From IMG/VR virus record IMGVR_UViG_3300020450_001133: a stretch of 64,000 nt of DNA, one strand, 5' to 3'. Below, one piece after another: positions 45,804 to 60,800 of the stretch. The DNA is from a virus. Lineage: Duplodnaviria > Caudoviricetes. The first letter of the stretch is position 1, and every line of letters starts with the position of its first letter. The translations under genes were made by a program, and so were the position numbers. Under the pieces are notes generated by a model. The model was not told the DNA's origin, did not search any database, and saw only the letters and a list, made by a program, of their open reading frames with translations.

Positions 45804-48800
45804 ATGGCTGACGATAAGCAATATAGTAAATTACCTGCTAACCAACAAACAACAGCAGTCAAAAACTTTTTTGAAAGCACCGTTGAACAGTTGTTTAGTA
45901 AAGCAAATATTGAACAAGTTTCAGGATTTGTTGGTAGAAAAGAATACGAACAGTTTGAACCTACAGACCGTTATGTCAGTCAGCCTACCAGCGGAAGAAA
46001 CTTTTACAGTTTTGAACCAGTAGTAAGTTCAGTAAATCAAATAAGTGGTAGAAGTGAAAACAATGTTTTCTTTGATGACTTTGCTAACATATTAGAAAGT
46101 TATGGTGCAGATACATCAAAACAAAATGTACTTTTTGATTCAGAATTTTACAGTTTCTTACCACCAATTAACATTGACAAATTTATAAACTTCCAAGAAT
46201 ATTTTTGGAGTCCTACGGGCCCTACACCTAAAACTATAGAAGGTACAGTAACAAATCCAATTAATATTGAAAAAGATATTTTAGGAAAGAAAAGTTATAC
46301 AGCACCTGACGGAACAGTATTTAAAAATGGTATGATAGTAACCTTTACAGGAAACTATGCAATACCTTTATCATATCAAGACGACCAACGTTGGATCATA
46401 GAAGGCGTTGGTGAAAGTATTATATTATTCAACAGAGACCAAAACTTTGCAACTACATTTGCAACAGAATTGAATATACCTTTTGACAATACATTAATTA
46501 CCAGTACAGATGAATTAGTAAGCACACCTGGTACTAGCATGTTAAGTGGTGGTCTTATTGGATTAGCGGATCCGGATGGCACTACAATCACAGACTCTAA
46601 CAAGTTTACAGATTATGATGGATATGTTTTACATTATAATGATAGGTATGCACCAGGCGGAAGAACTCCAGCAGTTGGTTATGTTAGTATGTCACAAGTT
46701 GATCCTGATTCAGGACAGCCTTTATGGGCAGGTTACATTACACCAATTGGAACATCACTACAATATGTTGTAGGAGGTTCGGGTGCATTCGATACGCAAC
46801 CTTTTGACAGTGATAATACTCAAACAGTTCCAGACTATATTATGATGCAACGTGGAGCAAAAGATAATAATGTATGGAGTAGAATTAATTTTTGGTATCA
46901 TAGACAAAACTTTTTGGACGTTGGTGACCAACTCCCAGCCAAAAGTGCTAGAGCAACAAGACCTATTTTAGAATTTGATAGAGACCTTGAACTATATAAC
47001 TTTGGTAAATTGGGTGTTGATTCAGTTGAAATATCTTCTTATGATACAACATACTCAGAAGTAGACGGAAGACCTACTAACGGAGTTGTAGATTCTGTTA
47101 CATTAAGAAGTGGTAATAAAATTTTGTTCCCATCAGAAGAACAAAATGTTAGCCAATACATATATCAAGTAGAAAGTAGCACAGAAGCAACTGTTTTTGC
47201 AGACGTAACTAGTTCAACAAATATAACTTTAACATCTACAAATGATGATATAAAAGTTGGTGCAGTTGTTAGTGAGCCAGGAAATAGTTTAAACAATATT
47301 ACAGTAGCAAGTATTAGTGGTACAGCACTTGTTGTTAATTCAGCAATTAGTATTACTGCAGGTACAGTATTAAGTTTTGATGATAGAGTAATTTTAAAAA
47401 GAAAACCAGCAAGTACAAATCCTGCAGGAGCAGTTGATGGTGATGCAAACTTTGTACCATATACACCTACAACAGGTGATGTAGTCAGTATTAAGTTTGG
47501 TGCTAATAAGCAAGGTGTAGAATATTACTGGAGTGGTACTGCATGGTTAGAAGGACAAAAGAAAAATAAAGTTAATACTCCAATACTATTTAATGCTTAC
47601 GATGTAAACAAAAAAGCATTAGACAATGAAGCAGTATATCCAAACAGTATGTTTATAGGAAATAAAATTTTCTCATACAAAGAAGATAATACAATTGGTG
47701 CTACAAGAGACACCGTATTGGATATGGCATTGTCATATAGAAACTTTAATAACTTTAGTGAAATAGTTTTTGTAAACAATTTAGATGATGACTTAGTGTC
47801 ATATAAAGCATTTGGGTCTACGCAAGATTCATTTGTAAAAGGTTATGTGTATTACAAACGTATATTACCAAACGGTGATTCAGAATATTGTACTACTTGG
47901 AAAACACATTCAACAAAAGCAAGTCAAATTGTAAGAGACCAATATATTGTTAGTCAAAAAGATGTTGATGATGAGAGATTGCTTTGGAAAATTAGTGCAA
48001 AGCCAACTGACAATGCAAACAGCATTAGAGTTTATATAAATGATAAAAGGAACAAAACATTTAGTTTTGATCCTAATCAAACTGCAATTACATTTAGCAC
48101 ATTTACATTCAAACTAAATGACGTAATTGATATAGAAATAAAAACTACAGAAGGTAAAATTACTGCTGATGACAGATTCGGTCATTTTGAAGTTCCTGCT
48201 AGTTGGGTAAGCAATTATGAAAATGCAGACATTAAGGAAATATCACAACCACAATATTTAGAACATTTTAGAAACTTTGTTAAGAATCAAGAATTATTCA
48301 GTGGAGATCCATTAGGTTCTAACAACTTTGATAATTTAGAAAAAGACGAAACTTATGCAAACAGAATTATTCAAACAGATGATAGTTTGCAAATGGCATC
48401 TTGGCTAGTAAGTAATGAAAAATTTAATATCATAGATGCAATTAATTTTAATGCTAACGAATATGTAAAATATAAAGCAAGACTGAAATCAGAAATTAAA
48501 AGATACATAGATAACAATGACACATCTACTATGAGTAATAGTGAGATATTGGAATTTGTTTTACAAAATGTTATTGCATTTAATCCTGGTAAGTTAGTAT
48601 TCGATTACAGTTACATGTTAGCATTTGGTGACAAGTACACAGAAGAAAAAATTACAATTAACAATGTTGCCACTAAAAAATATACTCTAACAAATTACTT
48701 AGATTGTAATAATGTACAAAATACAATTTATGTTTATGACCAAGTAAACAATGTTGACACAATGTTACTTGTTGATAAAGATTACACTATAAACAGTCTA

Positions 48801-51800
48801 AATGGTGTTGTAACATTAGAGTTTACATCAACATATACACTTACATTAGGCAATATAATTAAAGTTAGACTGTTTGACTTAAACAGAGAAAGCACACAAA
48901 CTCCCCCAACTCCAAGTGCTATGGGTATTACACCTCTATATGTACCTGAGATTATAAGTGATACAAGTTTTATAAGTCCTATAAATGTTATTGTTGGACA
49001 CGATGGTAGTAGAACAGTAGCAGACAATGATTTGCATGATAACATTTTATTAGAATATGAAAGACGTGTTTATAACAATGTACTACAAGAATACAGAGAT
49101 AAAGACAGTCATCCTGACTTAAACGTACACACTATCAGACCTGGTAGATTTAGAAATACAGGTCTGTCTAGAGAAAACTTTTATAACTTAATAAGAAATG
49201 ATTTTAATCAATATGTTTCAAGAAACGATGTTGATTTTGTAAAAAATGAATTTTATGACACTGATAACTTCTTTACATGGAATTATAATAGTGGCACAAC
49301 TAGCCCAGGCTATTGGAGAGGTATATACGAGAGTTGCTACGATACAGAAAGACCACATACTCATCCATGGGAGATGTTAGGGTTTACTAAAAAACCTACT
49401 TATTGGGACTCAACTTACGGTACAGATTACACAAGTGAAAATAAAAAACTTTGGAATGATTTAGAAGAAGGTAAAATTAGAGGTGGTTCTAGAGAGAACT
49501 TAACTAACAATAAGTTTAAAACAAATAATCCATATAGAAGAATAGGATTAAAAAATGAAATACCTGTTGATGAAAATGGAAACTTAGTAGCACCAGCAAA
49601 CATTATCAGTACAGCCGCTACAACTAAAACAATAGACTTTATAGAAACTACTACAGGTACTGCAACTGCAAATGCAAATAGTTTTATAAAAACAATTGAT
49701 GGACTAAGTGTTAAAGAAATTGGCAGTAACATTTTTGTTAGTTCTACAAATGGTGTTAATCATGAAGTTGGAACTTTTCCAAGCACAAATAATACAGCAT
49801 TTATAGACTTAAACAAAGTATCAAATTATAACATTGTTTCTCTTGCAGGTAACAACAACAGCACAACATATGGTAGTGCTACATCAACAGGAAATACTTC
49901 TGTGGGTGTTGCAGTAAATGGTGCATTAATATTTAACGGTAACACAGGTGTACAACACTCTGAATCAAGTTCATTTAATTATGATGCTATGTACAGAAAT
50001 GATGTAGACAGAGATAGTGCAGGTGGATATCCAGACAGAAATAATTTGTACGGATATGTACAACCTAGTCCACAAACAGTTGGTTTAACTGAGTGGGCAA
50101 CAGATAGTCACTCACCAATTGTGGGTTGGGCATTTGATGGATTCCCTATTTACGGACCATATGGATATACAGATAGACTTAACGTTTCATCTGATATCAA
50201 AAGATTACAAAGTGGTTACAGTTTAAAAACTACAACAAGAACAACAGTTGGTGGAACACCTACAGGCGAATTTATAGAAGATTATGAATACAGCAGTACA
50301 GGTGCAGACTTAGACGAATTCAACGGACGTTTTGGTATTACTCCAGAATATCCAAGTGGTACATATTATTATGTAGCAACAATAGACGCAGACAGCAAAC
50401 CTGCATATCCTTATACAGTAGGAGGCAAGTTTGCAGGAACATTACAAACAGAAGGACCATTTGCCGCATACGGTGAAGAAAATGCAGGTGGTAATTCTCA
50501 TGGTAAAATTGGATACTTTTATCCATTGTACTTAACAGTAGATTCTGCTTTGAGAGAATCTACATCAGGTGGATATCATACCCACACATTTAAAGAACAT
50601 CCTGGTGTTAAGTTCTATATGCCTAATCAATTTTCAAATCATGGCACAGGTTCATACCCAGAAGGAACTTACACATTATACAGTTCAGCAAATGCATTAG
50701 ATTCAGGTACTGCAACTTATACATTAGCAAGTACAGAAACAATCACATTTGGTGCAACTACAAGTTTAACAAATAACACATGGAAATTCAGTGACGGTGC
50801 ACCTGTTGAAAATTCATGGAAAATTTCTGAGGGTTATCCATTTGCGATTGCCTCAGCATTATATCTTACCAAGCCTGGTAAGTTTGCCAGTGTGTTTGCA
50901 GAGCCACAAAAAATAGTTCGTGGTTCTGCGAACACCAACCAATTATTAGAGAATGCTAACTTTAGAAGATTCAAAGTTAAAAATAGTGTTGTACACGGAA
51001 GTAAAGATGACGACAACAAATTAAGAGCAAGTACTGGATATACACAATTTATAGATTCATATTTGAGATTCCAGGGACTTGATACACATACTGAATTTGC
51101 AATTCCATTTGCATCAGTATCAAGTAAATTAGGTAGTAAGTTAGCAGGTTATATTGACAAAGATACAATGACTGTATTCTTGGATAACTATACCACTACA
51201 GGTAATAGTTCAAGTTTAATACTTCCACAAGAAGATATACAAGTAGATGTACACATAGGTCCATATGCAACAACTAATGACTATACAGGTGTATTAGTAG
51301 AACTAACAGAAGATGCAAAATACAAAGTATTTGGATTTAATAGTGTTAAAAAACATTTTGATATAGAACCTAGTTTTAAAGAAGGACCTAGAACACAAAT
51401 AGAAGTAGGCGGTGAACCTGCAGACTTTACTAATTTTAGTAACACAACAAATTATCCTGCAGGTGCTATTGTTAAATCAGGATTCAATTTCTTTAGAGCA
51501 AAAGAACAAGCAAATGCAGGTACTAGTGTAACAAATACAGAAACATGGGAAAGACTTGCAAGTTTACCACAAATTGGTGGTGCTAGAGCAACACTATTCT
51601 TAGAAGGTACTGGACAAGTTGAACGTGTTGAGTATGGAACAGAATATGAAAAATTAGAAGATGTGTTTGACTTATTAATCAGCATAGGCAGACAACAAAA
51701 GAACATGGGATATGTGTTTGACCAATATGATGACAGCATAGGAGACGTAAATGACTGGACATACAGTGGTAAACAATTCCTATTCTGGACATTAGGAAAT

Positions 51801-54800
51801 TGGGCCGCTGGTAATACAATTAGTTTAAGTCCTGGTGCAGGTAAACTTACATTCCAACCTAATATAGGTAGAGTAAGTCCTATATTAGAATCAGACCAAG
51901 GACAGTTTAGCATTTTAGACGAAGAAGGTAAAGTTATTTTGCCTACAGAATGTACCATAATAAGAGAAGATACACAATTGATTGTTAGTCCTCCAGAAGG
52001 AAAACAACTGTATGGTATTATTCTTTACACAAATGAAATAGAACATTCAATGTTGATTAACAACCGAACAACTTTCGGTGATACTATATTTGATGACATA
52101 TTTGGATCAAGACAAAAACGTGTTAAACTAAAAGGTAAGAGAACAAAAAATTGGGACGGTACTTTAACAGCAGAAGGTTATTTAATAACAAGTAACGGCT
52201 TGAAACCAAACTATGATACTTTAGCAGATGACATGAGAAGGTACACAGAAATTGGACATGTGCCTGTTGAAAAGAATTTATATGAATTAACCAGAAGACA
52301 ATATGGTTATGCAGAGAAAAAATATCTAAGAGAGTTTGAATTAATCAACGACAACCAATTTGATTTTTATCGAGGAATGATAAAAAGTAAAGGTACTAAA
52401 ACAGCAATAGAGACGTTGCTTAATAGTAATAAAGTATTAGTACCGGGTTCAGTAGCAGTATATGATGAATGGGGACTGAAAGCAGGTGAGTTTGGTGATA
52501 CAGAAAATGAACAAAGTTTAGATTTAAAAATAACAACTGATGAAATTACAAGTGAATCACAACTAATACAAATTGCTTACCCTGAAAACATTGTTAGTAA
52601 AGTTAAAGAAGTTGAAGTCCTGGATAGAACAACAGTATTCTATCAAAGACCTATATTAGAAATTGAACCACCACCAGCAGAGATTCCAGGATCTTTCACA
52701 TACGGTGGAGGTACAACTGCTAAAGCAACAGTTAATATTTCACAAGACGGAACTATTAGTGATGTAACAGTTGATGAGCCAGGATATGGTTATACAATTA
52801 ATCCTGCTGTTACAGTTATTGCGGCTCAGTTGCTAACAGCAAATGTAACAACAAACTTCTTACAACCATCTGCTATTACAACCAGTGTAGAAATAGGTGG
52901 GTCAGCATCAGGACAATACGTTGACCATGGTGGTATATTTACTGGAGCAAATGCTTTAACAAATGGTATGTTTATAACAGACCACTTTGCACCGTCGGCT
53001 AATGCTAACACATTTGTTGACTTTACAGGACTATCCAACATACAAGCAGTTGCTAATTTAATTAATAATACTGCAGAAGTAAACGCAAACATCAGTGCTA
53101 ATACTACACTGATTACAACAGTAGACGGCAGTGGTAACTTAGTTGAAAATTATCAATTAAATATTAAAGGTAATGACTTTTCATTAAGTAATTCAAATAC
53201 TCAAATAGGTAATATTGCAAATGTTAATTTGCAAGGTAAGAGATATCAACCAAGACAAAGATATAGTTTTGAAAGTGCAAATAGTACAACACATAGTGAT
53301 GTAGTAATCACAGTTAATGGTAACAGCACAACAGGTAATGCCGTTGGTGCTGGTGGTAATATAGATTGGGAATTTGATCCAGGCAGTAGAACAACTGTAA
53401 TAAGTGACAGAGGACTGGTAACAGGAAATGTTTCACAAACATTTAGTTTCCAACCTCTTAGTACAGCAAACATAAGCACATTAGCAGGATCTATTGCAAC
53501 AGATAACTTAAACATTATTAATGGTTCTTATCCTCACATAGAAGTTTATGTTAATGGTAGTTTGCTTTCTGACAAATTAGAGTCAGACGCAACTAGCGGA
53601 TATACAATTACTAATGTTGACTCAAATACAAATAATATCATATTCCATGATGTAAGTCAGTTACCAGGTGGTCAATTAGATGCCCAAGCAAATATTTTAA
53701 TTGTTGAAAAATCAACTGTTGATTTTACAGATACATATCAAGGTGATTTACCAGGTAGCACTCTTAATATTAAAGTGTTTGCCAATGATGCCTTAGCGGC
53801 TAAACTAGAACAAGTTAGAACATTTGAAATTACACCTGACGATGAAAGTGATAACACAATCTTAATTGATGTTGACGATGCAAGTAGATTAGTAGTAAGA
53901 CCATCAGATATGGCAGAAAAAAGTCTATGGCCCTTGACAAGTAGTGTTAGTTATGTTGGTATAGTGGACAGTAAGTATGATCCTTTACCAAACTCAGGAT
54001 ATGTTTCCAAGTATGATGTAGATTACCAAGCAATGGATTTAAGTGATGCTAGAGAACTGTTTAATTCAGATGTGAGAAGACCTAAAGAAATTCCAGGTGT
54101 AAATGATATCATTCATTTTGCTAGAGGAGAACACAATGAGTTTGATGTTTATGAATTAGAAAAAGCAAATGTTTCTAGAATGTTTGTTGAATATGACGAT
54201 GTTAATAATCAAAGTATTTTGTTCTCAGACGTAAGTTTAGATAACTTATACAAAGACAAAAATCAATTAGAAAGAATTACTGCTCCAATTTCAGGAGCAA
54301 CAGCAGATGGTACAAATGTAACATTTACTGCAACACAATTATTTAAGAAAGGCGATAAAGTTACAATATCAAATGTAACACCAAGTGTATTTAATTTAAC
54401 AAATGCAAATATTATTGCGGCAAACATTTCAGCATTTACAGTAGCAAGTAACATAAGCGGTACATACTCAGGTGGTGGTCGTGCAACAACAGATTACGAT
54501 AATACATTATATTATGATAGTGTTATAGCATTAAAAGGAAATACAACATTAGGACCAAATGTTACATGGGCAGGTAACTTAACAAATGCAGAAGGTGATA
54601 AACTATTTGATCCTACAGCATTAAAGATGAATGAAAAATTAATGCTGTATGTTGACGAAACTCAGATATCGGATCAAGCAGTAGAAGTTGCCAACATTAC
54701 TTTTAATCCACCAACTTACAGAGCAATATCTACTATTGCTCCAAAAAATAGTGGCTCAATTACTACTATGGCAAACTATCCTAATGGTTCAGTTAGAGAT

Positions 54801-57800
54801 AGTGCAAACAGCAACTTTAGTGTACAAGCAAACGTACTAACAGGTGGTGATGTACAGATATCATTGGAAGAAAATGCCAACGCATCACCTAACAGAAGTA
54901 ATATAGCAAATGGCAGATATGTAAGATTTGTGGACTCAACAAGCAGTACACTAAACAATAATGCGTTTGTTATTAGTAATGTAATATTTGGTGATGGTAA
55001 TGTAACTAATACATTAACAGGCTTTGCAAATGTAGGACCTATTGTACAATTAGAAACTTCAAACATCACAAGTAACACAAACATTGTTTACATAGATGAA
55101 GTTAAAGACGCAAACGGTAGAGTGCTTTGGGAAAATGAACAAGCAAATGCACAACTAGGAAATTATTTACAAGATTTTGATATTGCAAGTAATAGATTTT
55201 TCTCACCAACAGAAACATCATCAAACATTTTTATTGATGGTGTAAATTTACATGCTAACGGAAAAGTAAATTATGTTGTATTAAGTGAAAATATTGCAGT
55301 ATCAAGTAACATAGCCGCAAATACAGTTATTAACACAACATCTGTACAAGCACAATTTACAAATGCAAATACAAAGATAACAACATTTACTATTAATGAT
55401 CCGGGTGTAAGTTCAAATATTGCTCCAGCAGATTTAACTGCAAGTGTAGATGATGGGTTATTGGTTACAACAGATGCAAATGTCAGTAACTTGATTGCAG
55501 GTGATACAGTATATGTTAATAGAGCAGGTGGATATACCGATACATACATTTTAAGAAAAATAGAACCTAGCGATACTCCTGCAGGAACACAAACTGGTAA
55601 AATACTATTAGATGGTTTCTTCAGTGACCCGCTTTCAAACACATTAACTGTAAATGGTGCAGTTACAGATAGTCCAAATGTTATATTAAATGGCTCTCTA
55701 GTAAACGTACAAGGTGGTATGTTAGTAAGTGGTACAGGTGTTACTGCTGGTACCAAAGTTGTTGATGTAACAAGTCTAAGCAATATTACATTAAGTGCTA
55801 ACGCAAATATTTCCAATGGTGCTACATTAACATTTACTGAAGATACGTTTGGAAATGCAGACATAGTTGATTCAACAATTACAGTTACAACAAGAGAAAA
55901 CCATGGACATCCAACAGATGGCACAGATAAGATTATTGGACAAACAATAACCATTGCAGACTTTGGTGCTGAATTCTACAACAAGAATTATACTGTATTA
56001 GATGTACCTAGTGACAATACCATTGAACTAGAAGGATTTGGATTAGGACACCCACATGCACCAGGCGATGGAAATACTTATATTAACAAACAAGCATTCG
56101 ATATGTTTGGCACAGGAGCAACACAAACAAGAGGTGATTTAGACAACTTTACTGATGACAATGATGATGGAATAGATAATAGAGTTCCAGTATTAGTTGA
56201 AACTTCACAAGGTACATATAATATAGATGGTGCAGATGTTGTTACTAGAGCATACAATTACTTAAATGCAGATGAACTTGTTGATGAAATAAACAGACAA
56301 CTTATACAAAAACAAAATAGTGTAATGGACACAGGTTCCTTTAACGCCGGATTTGCAATACCTAAAGGGTCTCTAAATGCAATGAAGCATAGTATATTTG
56401 GACCAATGGGAAGAAAAGCAGGTGGACCTAAAGCAATTAATGGTGCTGGTCGAATTCCAACTATACCCCCAGGATTCCAAGGTGCACCACAGATTAATAA
56501 TACAGCCATTAACATGGCTAATCCAGGATCGTTCTTAAATCATTTTGGAGCAATAGGGCCTGCAGGAGCAGGTGGTGGATTAGGATTTAATCCATTCCCT
56601 GGTGGAACAAATGTTTCGTTTACACCAGTAGGACCAATTAATTTACCATTTAATCCTGTGAATAATACAGGAACACCTCCACAAGTTCCAACACCAGGTG
56701 CAGGTGCAGGTGGTACACAGGCTCCGCCTTCACCACCGCAAACTCCTATACCACCGATAGTACCTCCAGTACCACCGGCTACACCAACACCTACATACAA
56801 CAGTCCTAACTTGTCCAGTACAGTTAAGGTCGATTCTATAGGAAGTAATTATGGTGTAACAGTTTTGAACTTGGATACGATTAAGACAATAACTCAATTT
56901 GATGAACCTTGTCCTCCACCTCCGCCACCGCCACCACCACCACCGCCTAAGCCAGATGCGGTAACAGTTTGTGAAAAAGTTTCTAATACTAAAGGAACTG
57001 GTGTAACAGAGTGGAAAACATTTACATTTACAAGTAATAATCAATTTGACTATACTGTTAAAATATTATTTGACATGTATAGTGCAAAAGATAAAATGAC
57101 AGTTTATCAGAGTAGTTCTGCAAATCAAGGATCAGGTAGAGTAATTGCTACTACACAAGGCAGTCAAGGACTAGCATTGATGGATCAAAAAGAACTTAAT
57201 GAGTTAGGAGCGGCATTTGGAATTGGTTCAGGCAGTTATTATGGTGGACTGAAAAATTATGTGGGACCTGATGGTTCAGGTTTCTTAACATTTGCAGGTA
57301 AATTAACATTTAGTTATAATGCAGATAATGGTAGATACATACATGTTAAATTAGAAAAAACACCTAAAAGAAGTATTGCATATAGATACTTTATGTGCTA
57401 TCCGCAAGACGCAACATCAGGTGCGGCGCCTAAATTGCCTACACCTCCTGTAGCGGCTTTTGTACCACCAAAGATTCCATTAGGTAATATCCCACTTGGT
57501 ATTCCAAACTTTGGAAACTTAATGGCAGGATCGTTAGGACTAGGAGGCGGAACTCCAAACTTTAACTTCTCTGCTCAAATAGGTGGTATAGGTGCTTTGA
57601 GTTATTCATCACTACCTATTAATATAAATTTAGGAACAAGTAATAAGAGTTTACAGGCAAAAAATAATCCATTTGGATCAACTGTGGCTTCGGGTACTCC
57701 TACATATAGTGCTACCACACAAAGTGGTGCAACCAATTTATTAACTTCTAATCAAGGAGCAGGTGTAGTTAATTATGGTGGAGGAGGAGTTGCTGGAATC

Positions 57801-60800
57801 AGTGTTCCTACTGTACCAGCATCCGCAGGAACACCTGTAACAACAGGAACTAAATTTATCTCATTGGCGCCATTAGCCAAAGCAAATGGCAAGTATCAAC
57901 CTGTACAACCTCCTGTACAAATACCTGTATGTCCTCCAAAACCAAGAGTAAAAATTTGTGGTGAGCCATTAGGAGTAGGTAAAGGTGATTCATTTAAGAT
58001 TGATGATTGTACAATTGATATGAACTTAGGTGCAAATGCAACATTAAATAATGTTAAGAATGCAATTGAAAGTCAATGCGATAAAGTTATTGTAAACATT
58101 AGTTCAAGTCCAACAACTAATGAACAATGTTTAAGTATTATTAAAAAGAGTTCAGACCCAATGGTTATTAGAAATGGGTGTGCAGGTGGTGTATTTAAAG
58201 AAGTACTAGACTATGCGGCACAAAAAACTAACCAAGTAAACTTTAATTCGCATCAACAACAAGATGCACAAAATAATCCAGCGGTTAATACAACATTCCA
58301 AAACCAATTGGGAGCGGCATCAAATCAGAATGATGCATTCACAATGATTACTCCTGCTAGTGTTTCTAGTTTTGTAACAAATACAGTTACAGCAGACGAG
58401 AAAAAACGTCAAAACATTATAGCACAAAGAAGTGGAGTTGCAGGTACAGGTTATAGAGTAATGGATATACTAAGGGTTGTTGGTGGTACTCCTGTAGTTA
58501 GAGTACCTGCTTTGAGTATAGAATCATTAACAGTAAACAATGCAGGCTCAGGATATTTAGACCAAAACAATCAAGCAAGAGGATTAGAAATCAGAATAGG
58601 TGATCCAAGTGATCCAGGTGGTGGCGCACAAGCAGACATGAATAACATTGTGTTTGATACTAATGGTGGACTTGTAGAGATACCATTACTATCAGGTGGT
58701 AGAATGTACAGTCCAGAAAATCCGCCTACAATCACAGTAAAAGGTTTAGGTAAAAATGCAAGAGTTTCTGCAAAATTTGCCACTGCAAAACCTGTAGAAA
58801 GAGTTGCTAAATTTGTTATAACACAAGTAGGTACAAACGGAGAACCTTTAAACTTTGCATGTATTGACAGAGGTGTTTACAAAGAATTCCCAAGTGACCT
58901 AGATAGTGGTTTACCATTAGAATATGATATACAAAGACAAACTCCGTCAGACAAACAAAGTGATGTATTAGGTACAGCAGGATATGAGGCAGGTTCAGGT
59001 ACAGGTGCTAGAATTTATTTAACATCAAGATTTATACCAGACTGTTCAGAAAAAGGTAATGCTTTAACAGACTTAGGATTAAATGAAGGTGTTGTTCCTA
59101 AACCATCAGATGCAGAACAATTAATGGAAACAATTAATGACTATCCAATATTTGGCCCAGACGGTTTCCCATTGTTTGGTGCAGAACTTATAGATGACGG
59201 CAATGGATTCCAAATATTAAAAATTGGTGGACCAAACATTGATGGTATAAGACTTGGTGATGAACTTAATCCAGGTTTATTAGACTTACTAGGAATATTG
59301 CCAGGTTCATACATTAAAGATCCATTACCAGAAGCAGTTAAAATAGACACTGGTGACGGTGGTGGTGACACAATTGGTTTCTTGGGTACAAACGAGATTA
59401 ATACAACAGCAGGTGATGTTATAGGTGGCAATGCTGGTATGTTCACATACACATTGTTAGATATCAATGGTGGCAATACACCTAGACCATTTGAACTAGA
59501 TAAAAGAATTAAAGTTGATGGCTTAATGCTTAAGAGTTTAAGACATGCAACGCCTCCAACAGGTTTTGAAAATATGGCTAATGTATGGATTGACCAATAC
59601 GATGCAAATGGTTGGGCATACTTAGAAGCAAATACAGTTATTAGAAAACAAGAAAAATTAGTAGATGTAAAACGTATTACAGACGTTATAACATATGATG
59701 AGGAAACAGCACATAAAGAATTTGATATAGATTTATATGATCCATTCAAAGGTGTTATACCAGGATTTATAAGCAAGGATATAAACTATAGAAGTACAGT
59801 AGATCCTTGTGTATATGATCCTGCAAGAACAGAATGGGGTAGAGAGCAAGTAGGTACAACTTGGTGGGACACATATAATGCAATTTATCAATGGTACGAA
59901 CAAGGATCAGGTGCATATGGCATCAGTAGATATGTTGACGGCATGGTTGAAAAAGTAGGCTACAACAATACAGAAAGAGCAATTGGTTGGGGTGAAAGAT
60001 TCCCTAGTTCACAAATTGAAGTTTATGAATGGGTTGAAAGTATTAACTTGCCTAATGCATATGAAGGACCAGGTGTTGTAAAAGATCCAAATGCATTTGT
60101 TGTAGAAAAACATGTGGACAATAGAAGCGGTAAGACTGTACAATATTATTACTATTGGGTAAGAGGTGTTTTAGATGTAAGTGATACAGCAAAACAAAAA
60201 TATGGTAGAGACAGAAGTGTTGCAGACTTAGAAAGACTATTAAATGATCCTTATGCAGAAAGAGTTGCTTTTGCAGGTATTATTTCACCTGACGGAATGA
60301 TTGTTAATACACTATCTGATTTAATTAAAACAGATGAAAGTATTTTAAGTGTAAACTTCAAACGTAAAGATCCAATTGCAAGTCAGAAACATAGTAGTTG
60401 GAGACTAATTGGTGAAGGCGACCCACAAGAAAGTATACCTGAGAATTTAAGTATAAAACTAATAGACAGTTTAGCAGGTTATAATGCAATTAATCAAGTT
60501 GTACCAACCAAAGGATTGAGTACAGCAGAACGTTACGGTTCTAAGTTTAGACCTAGACAAACAATGTTTAAAAATCTCAAAGATGCTAGAAAGCAAATGT
60601 TTGATGCATTAAATGAAATCTTTAGAGAAGTTAAAATGGACAGCACGTTCTTAGATTGGAGAACAAAACTTCCTGCTACATTAACTTATTTAGATACTGT
60701 AAATTGGTTTGAAAAACTAAGAGTTAGTGGTATTGATAATTCGCAACTATACTACAACGAAGATTATAAACCATTAAGAAAAGTAACAGATACAAAACAA

